Origin: an uncultured virus (IMG/VR IMGVR_UViG_3300027970_000018) | Taxonomy: Duplodnaviria > Heunggongvirae > Uroviricota > Caudoviricetes | Reading direction: 5' to 3' (one strand) | Virus record (IMG/VR): IMGVR_UViG_3300027970_000018 | DNA: 64,000 nucleotides | Part shown: positions 29,754 to 39,070 of the stretch, piece by piece | How the letters are laid out: each line of letters begins with the position of its first letter | How positions within the stretch are numbered: the stretch's first letter is position 1 | Notes under the pieces: generated by a model | Seen by the model: only the letters and a program-made list of their open reading frames with translations | The model's database searches: none | Told to the model about the DNA's origin: nothing | Made by a program: the position numbers and the translations under genes

Positions 29754-31398
29754 TACAACAAGTGTTAGTTATTTGTTCTTCTGGACATTCTTCTCCTCTT
29801 GTTAGAGGTAAGTTTACCCATTCATTATTAGCGTAGTATCCGAATACTGGTATTCCTAATACACAGTAAGGATTTGTTTGAGCAGTGGTATATTCTACTA
29901 CTGTTGGTTTAGTAGCTTTACATTTGAAGTAAGCAAAATATACTTTTCCATTTTGCGAACCATTTGTATTCCCTGCCGCAAGTAGTAGTTGGTTTCCTAA
30001 CACCGTTACCTGATATGTGTGACACGGATGTGGACTATTCTCGCTAGCGGTGCAGTTGCAATCTTCAACCTCTACAACTGTTTCTGTACAAGTTGTGCAA
30101 GGTTCAGGTGGACAATTATCCGTAGTAATTGGAATACAACAATATTCCACATAAGGCTCAGGTAAATCTGGCAACTCGTCTGGAAGTAGTGCAAAATCAA
30201 TAATGTCGTTTTTAAGAGTTGCTTTTCCTTTTTCAATTGGACAGCAAAATTCAATTCCTAATCTTCTCGACATCATTTGCTGATACATCATTTCTGCAAA
30301 ATCACATTTGATGTCAACTACTTTTTGAGGATCACATATACCAAACTCTACAAGTGGCTCTACTGTTTCTCTAGGATAGCAGTCGATACAATTATTGTAG
30401 ATACCTGAATAATCAAGTACAGGTATGTAAGTCTTTGTTCTGTCGTAAGATACCTGCTCAATTTTAAAGCAACCGTTATTGTAAAAAGGGATTCTGATTA
30501 CTTGGTCTTCGCTTGCAAGTAGTTCTGACCTTGGGTCAGTACTGAAAATTTCAAAATCTGAACTGCAAGAGTAAACTCTGTAAGATTTTGTGGAACACTC
30601 TTCGCATGTTGGGTAGCAGTATTCTATAACTAAAGGTGGGTTGCAAGGTACTACACTAAACGCTTCAAATATGCTACCTTCTTCGATTGTGTATGTTCCA
30701 AAAGGGCAAGTTGTGTCTTCATTTAATAGCACTGTAAAAACAGGGTCTAACCCCCAATAAATTGAATCTACACCAAAACTTATAATAAAATTATCAATAC
30801 CTATAATTGAAAATGGATATTGATATTTTCCGTCTGCTAAATCAGTTCCTACAACCTCCACCGTAACAGGTTCTTCACCTACTAAGGTGTAGGTTAGTTT
30901 TACACAATCACACCCCTCTATAAGCGAAGGAGTTGCAAAATCAACAACTAATGTTCCTGTATCTATTTCAACATACGATCCATCTGGATACCACAGCCAG
31001 TCGTCTGAGATTGGACAACTATCTGTGCTATTAAAACGACTTATTGAATAGTTATTACTTGTATTTCTGATGTTTACTCTCCAGGTGTACTCACTCAGAT
31101 TTGCCGGAGTGTTGTCCCAAAAAATTGTAATCTGATTAAAAATACCACTTGTGATGTTTAACTCATAATAGTTATAACCGTTTTGAGTACCTGTTTTTTG
31201 TACGTCATAAGAGTAATCTGTGCCGTCAAGACTAAATGAAACTCTTAGTAAATCACAAGCAACCTCTGAAACTAGATAACATTCTAAACTTCCTTGTACA
31301 GCAACATACTTCCCCAAATACTGAGATAAATCTTGCTCAGTATATAGTGGAGAAACCTGTCCAGTACAATTAGTTAGTTGATATCTAGGTGTAGACAT
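29746..31398 (-). CDS. Cys-rich structural (tail/fibre-associated) protein, 550 aa
   Basis: ORF in tail block; repeated CY...Y..C..C units; carries a domain shared with the muzzle protein. Confidence 0.55.
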   Translation of the reverse strand: MSTPRYQLTNCTGQVSPLYTEQDLSQYLGKYVAVQGSLECYLVSEVACDLLRVSFSLDGTDYSYDVQKTGTQNGYNYYELNITSGIFNQITIFWDNTPANLSEYTWRVNIRNTSNNYSISRFNSTDSCPISDDWLWYPDGSYVEIDTGTLVVDFATPSLIEGCDCVKLTYTLVGEEPVTVEVVGTDLADGKYQYPFSIIGIDNFIISFGVDSIYWGLDPVFTVLLNEDTTCPFGTYTIEEGSIFEAFSVVPCNPPLVIEYCYPTCEECSTKSYRVYSCSSDFEIFSTDPRSELLASEDQVIRIPFYNNGCFKIEQVSYDRTKTYIPVLDYSGIYNNCIDCYPRETVEPLVEFGICDPQKVVDIKCDFAEMMYQQMMSRRLGIEFCCPIEKGKATLKNDIIDFALLPDELPDLPEPYVEYCCIPITTDNCPPEPCTTCTETVVEVEDCNCTASENSPHPCHTYQVTVLGNQLLLAAGNTNGSQNGKVYFAYFKCKATKPTVVEYTTAQTNPYCVLGIPVFGYYANNEWVNLPLTRGEECPEEQITNTCCNG

Positions 31399-31404
31399 TT
31401 TATG

Positions 31405-31641
31405 TTAACATTTCTTTCCGCCTTTTTTCATTGGCGGAGTAGTTACTTTTTTTAACTCTTTAACTTCTTTCTTTGCCTTAGATCTTACAGCTAAGGTTTT
31501 TGCTAAACCACCTACTGTTTTAGCGGCAGCGGCTGTTGCGGCAATTGCTTGAGCAGCACCCATTTGCTTACACCCACCAGAAAGTGTTGGAGTGTAGCCT
31601 GGAGGGCATCCTGATTTCTTTTTACTTGTTGTAGTTTTCAT
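31405..31641 (-). CDS. Small basic protein ending MKKGGKKC
   Basis: Start trimmed to the ATG overlapping the upstream TGA (MKTTTSKKK...). Confidence 0.55.
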   Translation of the reverse strand: MKTTTSKKKSGCPPGYTPTLSGGCKQMGAAQAIAATAAAAKTVGGLAKTLAVRSKAKKEVKELKKVTTPPMKKGGKKC

Positions 31642-31766
31642 TTCTTTTTTGCATTGTAATCGGTTACACAATATTTGCAGCAAGATTTTCCATCGTTTGC
31701 TGTTGATTTTTCACAAGCTTTTATTCCTCGCTTGCAATTGTTACATTTTGTTGCTTGGCATCCCAT
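31638..31766 (-). CDS. Small Cys-rich protein (42 aa)
   Basis: Manual translation MGCQATKCNNCKRGIKACEKSTANDGKSCCKYCVTDYNAKKK; fills the gap and is ATGA-coupled to the next gene. Confidence 0.6.
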   Translation of the reverse strand: MGCQATKCNNCKRGIKACEKSTANDGKSCCKYCVTDYNAKKK

Positions 31767-31778
31767 CGGTGTTTTGTT

Positions 31779-32330
31779 TTAGCAGTGTTTACAATCTATT
31801 TTATCCATAAGCTTTAGAGCGTACTCGTACAGCTTCATTCCTTTTTTTGATTCGTGGCAGTATTCTACTTTTGCTTTTGCAGATTTTAAATACTCCTCTA
31901 CCTCTGCGATACGAACCATTTTATCCTTTTTGTTTTTGTCGGGTAGACAATCATTCAGATCCAGGTTGCATCGAATTTTATCAAGACGGGTGTATGCTTT
32001 TGTTAGTCGTAAGTGGTTGTATTCAACTTTGATGTATTCACTTGGTGATAAACTGTATCTGATTGCATAAATTCCATCTGGCAACTCCCACATCTCAGAA
32101 TCACAACGTACATTTTGAATTTCTAAATCACAAGCTGTTAATCGTAAGTTGAATCCCTGAGTTAACAGCTCTGGTGCAATAGAAGCTGAAGTCTGAAATC
32201 CTGGTACTGTAATCAATAACTCTGGACAAACAGTTGGCAACAAGGTGTCATAAACACTTGCGTCAAGTATTTGGAATAATTTCTCTTCCCTTACGTCCAA
32301 AATGTTTAACCCTAATTGGTGTGAGTTCAT
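31779..32330 (-). CDS. Structural protein (tail hub-like)
   Basis: DASVY..LLITVPGF..LPDGIYAIRYS pattern of crAss-like tail proteins; own promoter. Confidence 0.55.
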   Translation of the reverse strand: MNSHQLGLNILDVREEKLFQILDASVYDTLLPTVCPELLITVPGFQTSASIAPELLTQGFNLRLTACDLEIQNVRCDSEMWELPDGIYAIRYSLSPSEYIKVEYNHLRLTKAYTRLDKIRCNLDLNDCLPDKNKKDKMVRIAEVEEYLKSAKAKVEYCHESKKGMKLYEYALKLMDKIDCKHC

Positions 32331-32344
32331 TATCTAATTTTTAA

Positions 32345-32352
32345 CAAAAATA
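32345..32352 (-). promoter_or_regulatory. Bacteroidota-type promoter (TATTTTTG, TTTG at 32373-32376)
   Basis: -7 and -33 elements spaced 20 nt. Confidence 0.6.
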
Positions 32353-32392
32353 CTTGGTCGTTATCAACTTTGCAAAAATGTTGTATTTGTGA

Positions 32393-32683
32393 TTATTTGA
32401 GTCTTTTATTATTACCCTTGCCATTCCTACTTCTGTTACTTTTTCTATCTTCCAAAACAGTTTTTCCACTTTTTGTGTGGCTAACATCTTTTCCTCCTTT
32501 GCCATAAATACCTCTATCTCGTCTTTCTTGTACTAATTCTCCACGATACTTTCTTCTCTCTGGAGTTGAATGATATTTTATGTTATATGCGTTCTTTTTA
32601 GCACGAGCTTCTGGATTATTTGCGAAGTATTTTGAAGATTTACTTTTACCAGTAAATTTTCCTGCAAGTTTATTTCTAGGCAT
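32393..32683 (-). CDS. Small basic protein, degenerate HNH-like
   Basis: GGKDVSH...EDRKSNRSRNG pattern. Confidence 0.5.
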   Translation of the reverse strand: MPRNKLAGKFTGKSKSSKYFANNPEARAKKNAYNIKYHSTPERRKYRGELVQERRDRGIYGKGGKDVSHTKSGKTVLEDRKSNRSRNGKGNNKRLK

Positions 32684-33180
32684 TACTTAATAATTAATAG
32701 TGTGGTCAATACTCCATTCACAATAAGTGAGATATTTCGTTGTCGCTTTACCCTTTTCAAATCAACATCTTTAATTTTCAATAAAGTATCTTGATTAGCT
32801 ACCGTGCCTTTATAAATGGTAATTACCCGATCTTGATTTCTAATTACACTGTCTTTCACTTGCCCTTGTACAAACAAAGTTCCAATAAGAGTATCTTGCT
32901 CTTTGATAATTCGCAAAGTATCCTTAGTAGCTTTTGCTTTTGCTACCTCAGAAGATAAGGAATCTAGTTTAGAGTTGAAAAGTTTGATTAGTGCCTTATC
33001 TGTACTGATTACAGTTGTGTAGGAATTAATTGCTTGCTTCTCTGCTTCAATGCGATTATTGATATCTTTTTCAGAGGGTACTTTGCCTATTTGAGTATCT
33101 TTTCTAAAGTACAATAAGATGATTATTAAAGCTAGGATACCATAAGATATTCCGATAGCTACTTTTTTTATATTAACCAT
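32683..33180 (-). CDS. Spanin-like membrane protein
   Basis: N-terminal TM, coiled coil, C-terminal hydrophobic segment; directly downstream of the endolysin. Confidence 0.55.
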   Translation of the reverse strand: MVNIKKVAIGISYGILALIIILLYFRKDTQIGKVPSEKDINNRIEAEKQAINSYTTVISTDKALIKLFNSKLDSLSSEVAKAKATKDTLRIIKEQDTLIGTLFVQGQVKDSVIRNQDRVITIYKGTVANQDTLLKIKDVDLKRVKRQRNISLIVNGVLTTLLIIK

Positions 33181-33859
33181 TTGTCAGTGATTTTAGCATT
33201 TCAAGCATCTCTGGTTGTGGGTGAATATCTGTTTTATCTTTTCGGTAGCTGTTGTGGGTGTACAAACCATTTTTACCTGTAAGCGCTTCGTTGTTTACGG
33301 TGAAAAGTTTTTCGTAGTTGTACGTCAAATCTATTTTGTAGATTTCTCCCCAGTAAACAAGTAACTGTCTTACAGATTCGATTTGAGCTGTGGTATACTT
33401 GTGGAAATACTTTTTGCCCTTAAATGGTTCAGCAACCTCGTACACATCTTCCGCAGGAACTTCTTTGTCCACGTAGTTAAAGAATTTATCTCCAACTTTA
33501 TCAACTGCTCCCCAATTGCAAATCTCAATTCCAATCGATAATGCATCTAAGTTTTTCCAAGGAAGTTTTCTTGCACGGAACACTTCTTGCTTCACTCCTA
33601 AATGGTATGCCCAAGCTTTGGAAGAAAATGCTTGAACAATTTCTCCGTTAAATGTTCCTTTTGCTCCTTTACCTGATATTGTGATACATGTAGCAATTCT
33701 ACCACGCTTATCTGAGTTCCAATCATTTACAGTTGCTATTCCAGACGCATTTCCAGCTGTGTGGTGTAATACGATTTGAGTTTTTGGAATCGCCTCTGAA
33801 TAAAATTCAGTCGCTTTAAGTGGTACTTGTTTGATCAATTTTAAGTCTAGGTTTTTCAT
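33173..33859 (-). CDS. Endolysin, N-acetylmuramoyl-L-alanine amidase (Amidase_2 type)
   Basis: IVLHHTAG, WAYHLG, SIGIEICNWG, TH...KTD zinc-ligand motifs. Confidence 0.85.
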   Translation of the reverse strand: MKNLDLKLIKQVPLKATEFYSEAIPKTQIVLHHTAGNASGIATVNDWNSDKRGRIATCITISGKGAKGTFNGEIVQAFSSKAWAYHLGVKQEVFRARKLPWKNLDALSIGIEICNWGAVDKVGDKFFNYVDKEVPAEDVYEVAEPFKGKKYFHKYTTAQIESVRQLLVYWGEIYKIDLTYNYEKLFTVNNEALTGKNGLYTHNSYRKDKTDIHPQPEMLEMLKSLTNG

Positions 33860-33867
33860 ATTGGTTT

Positions 33868-34422
33868 TTATTTTTTACTTGATTTTATTGCGTCAATTAT
33901 TTTTTGCCATTTATCTGGTATAAATCCTGATATAGCTTTTGTTCCTTTTTTAAGCCAATTCTTATACCCCGCTTCCTCCAGGTTTTCAAATATGGACCAT
34001 AGTTCAATGCCTGTGAAGAATAGTATTGCACACATTGGTATGTTTAGTTTCAGCACAGATACATTGAAATTCAAGGCGCTTTTAAACAGATGGATATCAA
34101 TCATGAATGCAATCAACACTGCTATCCCATACTCTACAAATATTTTTCTACCCATCATTTTAAGACCTGCGGATTTCATTCGTTTCCAAAAGCTATAACT
34201 GTAAATCTTAAAGTTTTTGGCATCCGCACCCATTCTTGTAATAGTGTCTAACACTGTTAGAAAGGCAAATAATATTAGTATTCCTTTAACATCATAAGTT
34301 GAAAAAATCCACGCCATCCCTCCAATAATAAATAAATAAACTTTGCTAACACCTAAAAAAGCCATCGCTGATGTCCAAATATCTATTACATCAGAAGACA
34401 GAGTTGTATTCTGCTGTCTCAT
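33868..34422 (-). CDS. Holin
   Basis: Several TM segments, LDTIT..S.GL..IELWSIFENL motif; upstream of the endolysin. Confidence 0.75.
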   Translation of the reverse strand: MRQQNTTLSSDVIDIWTSAMAFLGVSKVYLFIIGGMAWIFSTYDVKGILILFAFLTVLDTITRMGADAKNFKIYSYSFWKRMKSAGLKMMGRKIFVEYGIAVLIAFMIDIHLFKSALNFNVSVLKLNIPMCAILFFTGIELWSIFENLEEAGYKNWLKKGTKAISGFIPDKWQKIIDAIKSSKK

Positions 34423-34424
34423 TA

Positions 34425-34643
34425 TTATATCTGATTTGGATTCTTAACTGTTAATTTACTAATTGCTGCTCCAACAATTCCTGCCACAATAAAGTGTGGT
34501 GCAATACTCGTAGCATAGGTCGGAAGATATTGTTCCGTAGCTAAAATAGCCGTTCCGATGGCTCCAAGTGCTATAAAAAGATTGGTAATTTTTCTGAAAA
34601 GTTTCGGGCTCTCTAATTTCCATCGTCTAAATATTTCGTTCAT
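34425..34643 (-). CDS. Small two-TM membrane protein (holin/antiholin-like)
   Basis: RWKLESPKLFRKI followed by two hydrophobic helices; start trimmed to ATG 34643. Confidence 0.55.
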   Translation of the reverse strand: MNEIFRRWKLESPKLFRKITNLFIALGAIGTAILATEQYLPTYATSIAPHFIVAGIVGAAISKLTVKNPNQI

Positions 34644-34664
34644 GTTGTGTAAGTTTAATAAGTC

Positions 34665-34672
34665 CAAAATTA
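34665..34672 (-). promoter_or_regulatory. Bacteroidota-type promoter for lysis cassette (TAATTTTG, TTTG at 34692-34695)
   Basis: -7/-33 spacing 19 nt, downstream of a terminator. Confidence 0.55.
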
Positions 34673-34719
34673 AGTTTGATTACGTGTATATCAAAAAATA
34701 TAATATTTTAAGTGAAAAC

Positions 34720-34747
34720 AAAAAACCCCCACTATGAAGTGAGGGTT
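34720..34747 (-). terminator. Intrinsic terminator after auxiliary capsid gene
   Basis: AACCCTCAT-like stem (AACCCTCACT TCAT AGTGGGGGTT) plus T run on the minus strand. Confidence 0.75.
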
Positions 34748-34771
34748 CTTGTATAATATGTTATAAACTTA

Positions 34772-37327
34772 TTATCCTACTACTGGAGGAACTCCAGCAT
34801 TAGCAGCCAAGTTATTTAACAAATTCTGAACAGCTGTATGTTTACCGTTCTCCACATAAATTTCGTAAGATACGTTATTTGTGTGTTTTCCAGCAAATCC
34901 ACCTGCGTACTCTGTATTTGCTACTTCTAAGTAGTATACTCTGTACTGAGCCAAATGGTCTCCAACAGTTGCAGTCTCACCTAACAAGATTCTTGTCAAG
35001 TAATTTGATTGGTAGTTCGTACCTTTGAAGAAAGCTAAACCTTCTTTTTCAATTGCACGAGCGTTACCATACAAGTGAGTTCTTGGTACATAACGAGTGA
35101 TCCAATCAGCATTGAATGTACCTTTCGGTAAGTGTCCAATACCTTCTCTGATTTCTGTTGTATAACCAGCTACTCCATTGATTTGAGTTGCAGATTCTGT
35201 GAATGTAACCATGTCACGTAATGCCTCATCTCCAGCTAATACGAAGTATTTACCTTTGAATTTGATACCACATAAACAGTTTCCATTTACGTTTACTTCT
35301 TGTACGTCTTTTTTCCACTGATGAGCGCCAAAAGCGTTAGGCGCTTTAGTACGGTAGTAGTCTAAGAATACATCAGAACATGCCTCACAAACCAAGTTTG
35401 AGATAACAGTGGTAGTGTAACGAGTTTTACAATTTCTGCGATCTTCCATTTGGAAGTAGCTTCCTGAAATTGCAGCAACCGTTCCAGCTAAGTTTCCTGT
35501 TGCATTTGTAACAGTAGTTCCTGTGATTGAATCAGTTAATCCTACGAAAGTTAAAACTGCTGCTGAAGAAGTAACTACGATACCTTCTGCTAACAATGCT
35601 GCTGCGTGAGAGGTAACAAAATCAGATGCAGCTACTGTTAATCCACCACTTCCTGGGAATGTAGCTAAGTAGTTTGTACCATTAACATTTACGTTTGCAG
35701 TACCGCTTGTTCCTGTTAAAGTAACTGCCACTCTTGCCCCAAGTAATCCTGCTAAGTCTCCTGTTGCATTTGCGATAGTAGTTCCAGCGACAATAGCTTG
35801 AGGTCCTTGCAATGTAAGTACTCCAGCTGCTGCTGTAACTGTTACTCCAGATGCGGCTAAAATAGCTGATGCATTTGTTGTAACGAAGTTAGATCCAGTA
35901 ACTGTTAAACTTGTCGCAAAAGTTGCTGTGTAAGCGTCTCCGTCAATTGTAACTGTCGCTGTACCGCTTGTTCCTGTCAAAGCAATTGTTCGAGAATAAT
36001 TGTCTGACATTGCTACTTCAATTACTAAATCAGAATATGCTCCTTGTAATTCAGCTAAACGGTTGTCTCCACACTCGTTATCAGCTAATACGATTGAGTA
36101 CGATTCAGTAACAGCGTTACATGTTGCTCCTTGCACCCAATCTGTTGTAGAGGTTGTACTGTTAGAACACATTGAAGCTACTTGTCCAACTAAGTCAATA
36201 GTTGCAGTATTTCTTGCGTTTGTCGCAGTACTTACGAATGTTGCAATCTCAGCACCAGTGATTGGAGAAGAGTAGATTGCAGTATAGAAACCTACACCAC
36301 CGTTGTTACCAGATGCTCTAGCAATTGTAGCAGAGACATACTTAGCATTAGCCAAGTTTGTTGTGATAGTCGAGCTTAAATCCGCACCATTATCTTCGAT
36401 AGTGATTGCGTACAAGTAGCCTTCTGGAGTTGCTGTATACCCGTCTGGACAAACTGCACAACCTTTGATTATCGAACCAATTGATTGTGAGTATGCTGAT
36501 GGATCTGCAACGCTGTCTGCCAATAAAATTTCGTATACAGATGTAGAACCTGAACGAGATTTTCTACGAACTGGAACATCGTACTGAGCAGCAACTAAAG
36601 CTAAAGCTTCGTCATCGCCAGTATCGCATACCTCCAATGTCCAGAAATTGTAAGGAATAAGTGTGTTGTCAGGTGTGTTGTCACATTCTCCAAAAACAGG
36701 AGTGATTTCAACAAACTCTTCAACATTTTGCCCTCCAGATAACTGGTGAGTTTTCAATCTTTCGATTGCTTCTAAGATGATTGCTTTACAGTCTACTGAT
36801 GCACAAGTATCACAATCTTCGCAAGTGTCGAAAACGTCACACTCTGGAACTTCAACTTTTACGTTTACTACTTCCACATCTGTTGCACCACCTCTGTACT
36901 GCATTGCACCATTTCTGATCTCTAAAGCAATATTAAAATAAGCTTGCCCTTTTTTAAAAGTGAAAGCCGAATCTGCATCAAAACCATTATACCCTAAAGT
37001 AAATTCATCTAATACAATCTCGCTTCTTTGAGGCACACTTACTCTCAAGCTCTTGATATCCTCCAATGCAAACATTTGAGTTGACAATGCTTTGTCAGAA
37101 AAACTCCTTGTAACAGGAGTAGGCGGAACGCCCAACTGAATAGCAAGTTTCTTCTTGTTCTTAGGAATTCCCAAGAAAGAAGACAAAACTACTGCGCCAT
37201 CACCGTTATTTTGCGTGTTGTCGACAATAGCTAATTGACCTTTAGCCAAATTTCCTGCACCACCAGAGGTTTTTACGTTCCCTCCCGCTACAAAAAACTG
37301 ACGGCCGAATGCTCTATTAAGTCCCAT
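34772..37327 (-). CDS. Auxiliary capsid/structural protein (851 aa) with two tandem Ala/Thr-rich beta-domains
   Basis: Synteny after MCP and ring gene; CLCGIKFKG motif; internal duplication LTGTSGTA...NATG.LAG. Confidence 0.65.
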   Translation of the reverse strand: MGLNRAFGRQFFVAGGNVKTSGGAGNLAKGQLAIVDNTQNNGDGAVVLSSFLGIPKNKKKLAIQLGVPPTPVTRSFSDKALSTQMFALEDIKSLRVSVPQRSEIVLDEFTLGYNGFDADSAFTFKKGQAYFNIALEIRNGAMQYRGGATDVEVVNVKVEVPECDVFDTCEDCDTCASVDCKAIILEAIERLKTHQLSGGQNVEEFVEITPVFGECDNTPDNTLIPYNFWTLEVCDTGDDEALALVAAQYDVPVRRKSRSGSTSVYEILLADSVADPSAYSQSIGSIIKGCAVCPDGYTATPEGYLYAITIEDNGADLSSTITTNLANAKYVSATIARASGNNGGVGFYTAIYSSPITGAEIATFVSTATNARNTATIDLVGQVASMCSNSTTSTTDWVQGATCNAVTESYSIVLADNECGDNRLAELQGAYSDLVIEVAMSDNYSRTIALTGTSGTATVTIDGDAYTATFATSLTVTGSNFVTTNASAILAASGVTVTAAAGVLTLQGPQAIVAGTTIANATGDLAGLLGARVAVTLTGTSGTANVNVNGTNYLATFPGSGGLTVAASDFVTSHAAALLAEGIVVTSSAAVLTFVGLTDSITGTTVTNATGNLAGTVAAISGSYFQMEDRRNCKTRYTTTVISNLVCEACSDVFLDYYRTKAPNAFGAHQWKKDVQEVNVNGNCLCGIKFKGKYFVLAGDEALRDMVTFTESATQINGVAGYTTEIREGIGHLPKGTFNADWITRYVPRTHLYGNARAIEKEGLAFFKGTNYQSNYLTRILLGETATVGDHLAQYRVYYLEVANTEYAGGFAGKHTNNVSYEIYVENGKHTAVQNLLNNLAANAGVPPVVG

Positions 37328-37348
37328 TTTTGTTAATTATTTATTTTG

Positions 37349-38014
37349 TTAAATCGTGAAAAGCCTATCTTTAGTTAACTGATACCCGTTGGCATCAGAA
37401 TTTATTGCCGAGAATTCTTTTGACATAGCTAGTAAAATTCTGTTTACCACTTTATCATCAAACTCTGGGTCGATATCTGCTGACAATGTGTTGTCTAATT
37501 TTGGGTAGCCCGCAATGTCGACTTGTCTTGGATATCTGTAATAAGTTAAAAGTACTTTACTATACTCAAAACCTTTTTTGTATAACACCACTGAATTGTT
37601 AGAGAAGTGGTAAAATGACTCTCTGTATTCAAATGATGGTTGAGTATTGGTGTCAGCCAATTTCTCTTCGACATCTTCGCTCTTTGTTTCAAACAACAGT
37701 ATGTTATTTGCTTCACAACAGTCTGTCGTTACAGATGCTGTTATGTTTGAAAAATCAAAGTAGTTTGTAGGTAGTGCATAAGTTGTGTGCGTTTCTTCCA
37801 AACCATTTTGTACTAGCGGTGTGTCCTTTACCAATACAGTTTGTACATCTCGTATAGAGTCTTCATTTCTTTTGTCTAAACTCCATTCTAAGTACTTATT
37901 CTGCATATTATTAAAAAGCATGACAAAGCGAGGTTTATCCACGTTAGTTCTGTTGTTGGTAGCATTTCTGTTTACCAAATTTAAAAACTCTATATATGTC
38001 TCTTGAATTGTCAT
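37349..38014 (-). CDS. Ring / head-tail adaptor protein (crAss gene 74-like)
   Basis: Synteny; PSFEYRES and LTYYRYPRQVDIAGY motifs. Confidence 0.65.
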   Translation of the reverse strand: MTIQETYIEFLNLVNRNATNNRTNVDKPRFVMLFNNMQNKYLEWSLDKRNEDSIRDVQTVLVKDTPLVQNGLEETHTTYALPTNYFDFSNITASVTTDCCEANNILLFETKSEDVEEKLADTNTQPSFEYRESFYHFSNNSVVLYKKGFEYSKVLLTYYRYPRQVDIAGYPKLDNTLSADIDPEFDDKVVNRILLAMSKEFSAINSDANGYQLTKDRLFTI

Positions 38015-38033
38015 GCTTTTTTATTTCTTTGTT

Positions 38034-38996
38034 TTATGCTTCTATTGCAGCTAAGTCAAATTTTACATCTTTCAAATCTGGATTTTTAGCTATATTCTCT
38101 GCCGCATGTTTTAAATCCACTCCGACAAATGTTTCGTCATAGTAAATTTTTCCAGGTTCAATACTCAATTTCTTACTGTTTACAGGTAAGTTTTTCAATT
38201 TATTGTAGATGAAGATTTTCTCTTTCACTAAAGATGAGTTATCTATCTCTCCAACTAAATCAACAAACATTGTACAACTTTGGAAATCATCTTTAATTGT
38301 TTCGTAGAAGATGCTTCTCATTGTTTGTTGGTCTGCATTTTTAGGGTATTTACCTAAGCCTAACCAAGTTAATGCTCCATCTAATTTTGGTTTGTCGTTG
38401 TTATAAAGAGTGAGGAATACTGAAACTGCATCCATGATAGCAGAGTTAATGTCGTCTTTCTCTTTTCTAACTTTACTGATGTCCACAACTATATAAGATG
38501 CGTTTGAGTATTTAGCTGCTCTTGACATCTCTTGTGGAGCAAGTCCTCCTGACATAATAGCACCATACAGTTGCATAACCTGAATAGGGTCTTCTGCGTG
38601 GAACACTAAGTCTGGGTATATGTGGAACATCTGTTTCAACAAAGAGTCTTCATTCTCCTGTTGTAACAAAGTGTCATTTCCTTTTGCTTTTTGAAAAGGT
38701 CTTAAAACCTTTGAAACTACTTGTGTAACTCTAAGTTTTTTCTCTGCATCACTAAGTCCTCTGTAACAAGGGGAGGCATCATAGAAACCTGTATCCCACA
38801 AACCATCTCTAAACGCAAATGTGTTTGAATCTCCTACACCATCAGATGGGAGTCTTGATACACCTGCTTTGACAAATCCTGATGGTGCATCACCATCTTT
38901 TTTGTCTACTACTCGGTAGATAGAACCTTTTACACATCGAAATCCATCAATCTCGAATAAAACGTTATCTTCTTTTTCTTTGGTTTTTGTACTCAT
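38034..38996 (-). CDS. Conserved protein downstream of MCP (crAss gene 75-like)
   Basis: Synteny; start trimmed to MSTKTKEK after the MCP terminator. Confidence 0.6.
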   Translation of the reverse strand: MSTKTKEKEDNVLFEIDGFRCVKGSIYRVVDKKDGDAPSGFVKAGVSRLPSDGVGDSNTFAFRDGLWDTGFYDASPCYRGLSDAEKKLRVTQVVSKVLRPFQKAKGNDTLLQQENEDSLLKQMFHIYPDLVFHAEDPIQVMQLYGAIMSGGLAPQEMSRAAKYSNASYIVVDISKVRKEKDDINSAIMDAVSVFLTLYNNDKPKLDGALTWLGLGKYPKNADQQTMRSIFYETIKDDFQSCTMFVDLVGEIDNSSLVKEKIFIYNKLKNLPVNSKKLSIEPGKIYYDETFVGVDLKHAAENIAKNPDLKDVKFDLAAIEA

Positions 38997-39026
38997 TTTA
39001 TTTTGTTTTTCGGTATTTTTAGTTTT

Positions 39027-39057
39027 AAAATAGCTAGGTAGTTTGTGGCTACCTAGC
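39027..39057 (-). terminator. Terminator after major capsid gene
   Basis: GCTAGGTAG-loop-CTACCTAGC stem followed by TATTTT. Confidence 0.7.
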
Positions 39058-39070
39058 GTATTTTGGTTTG

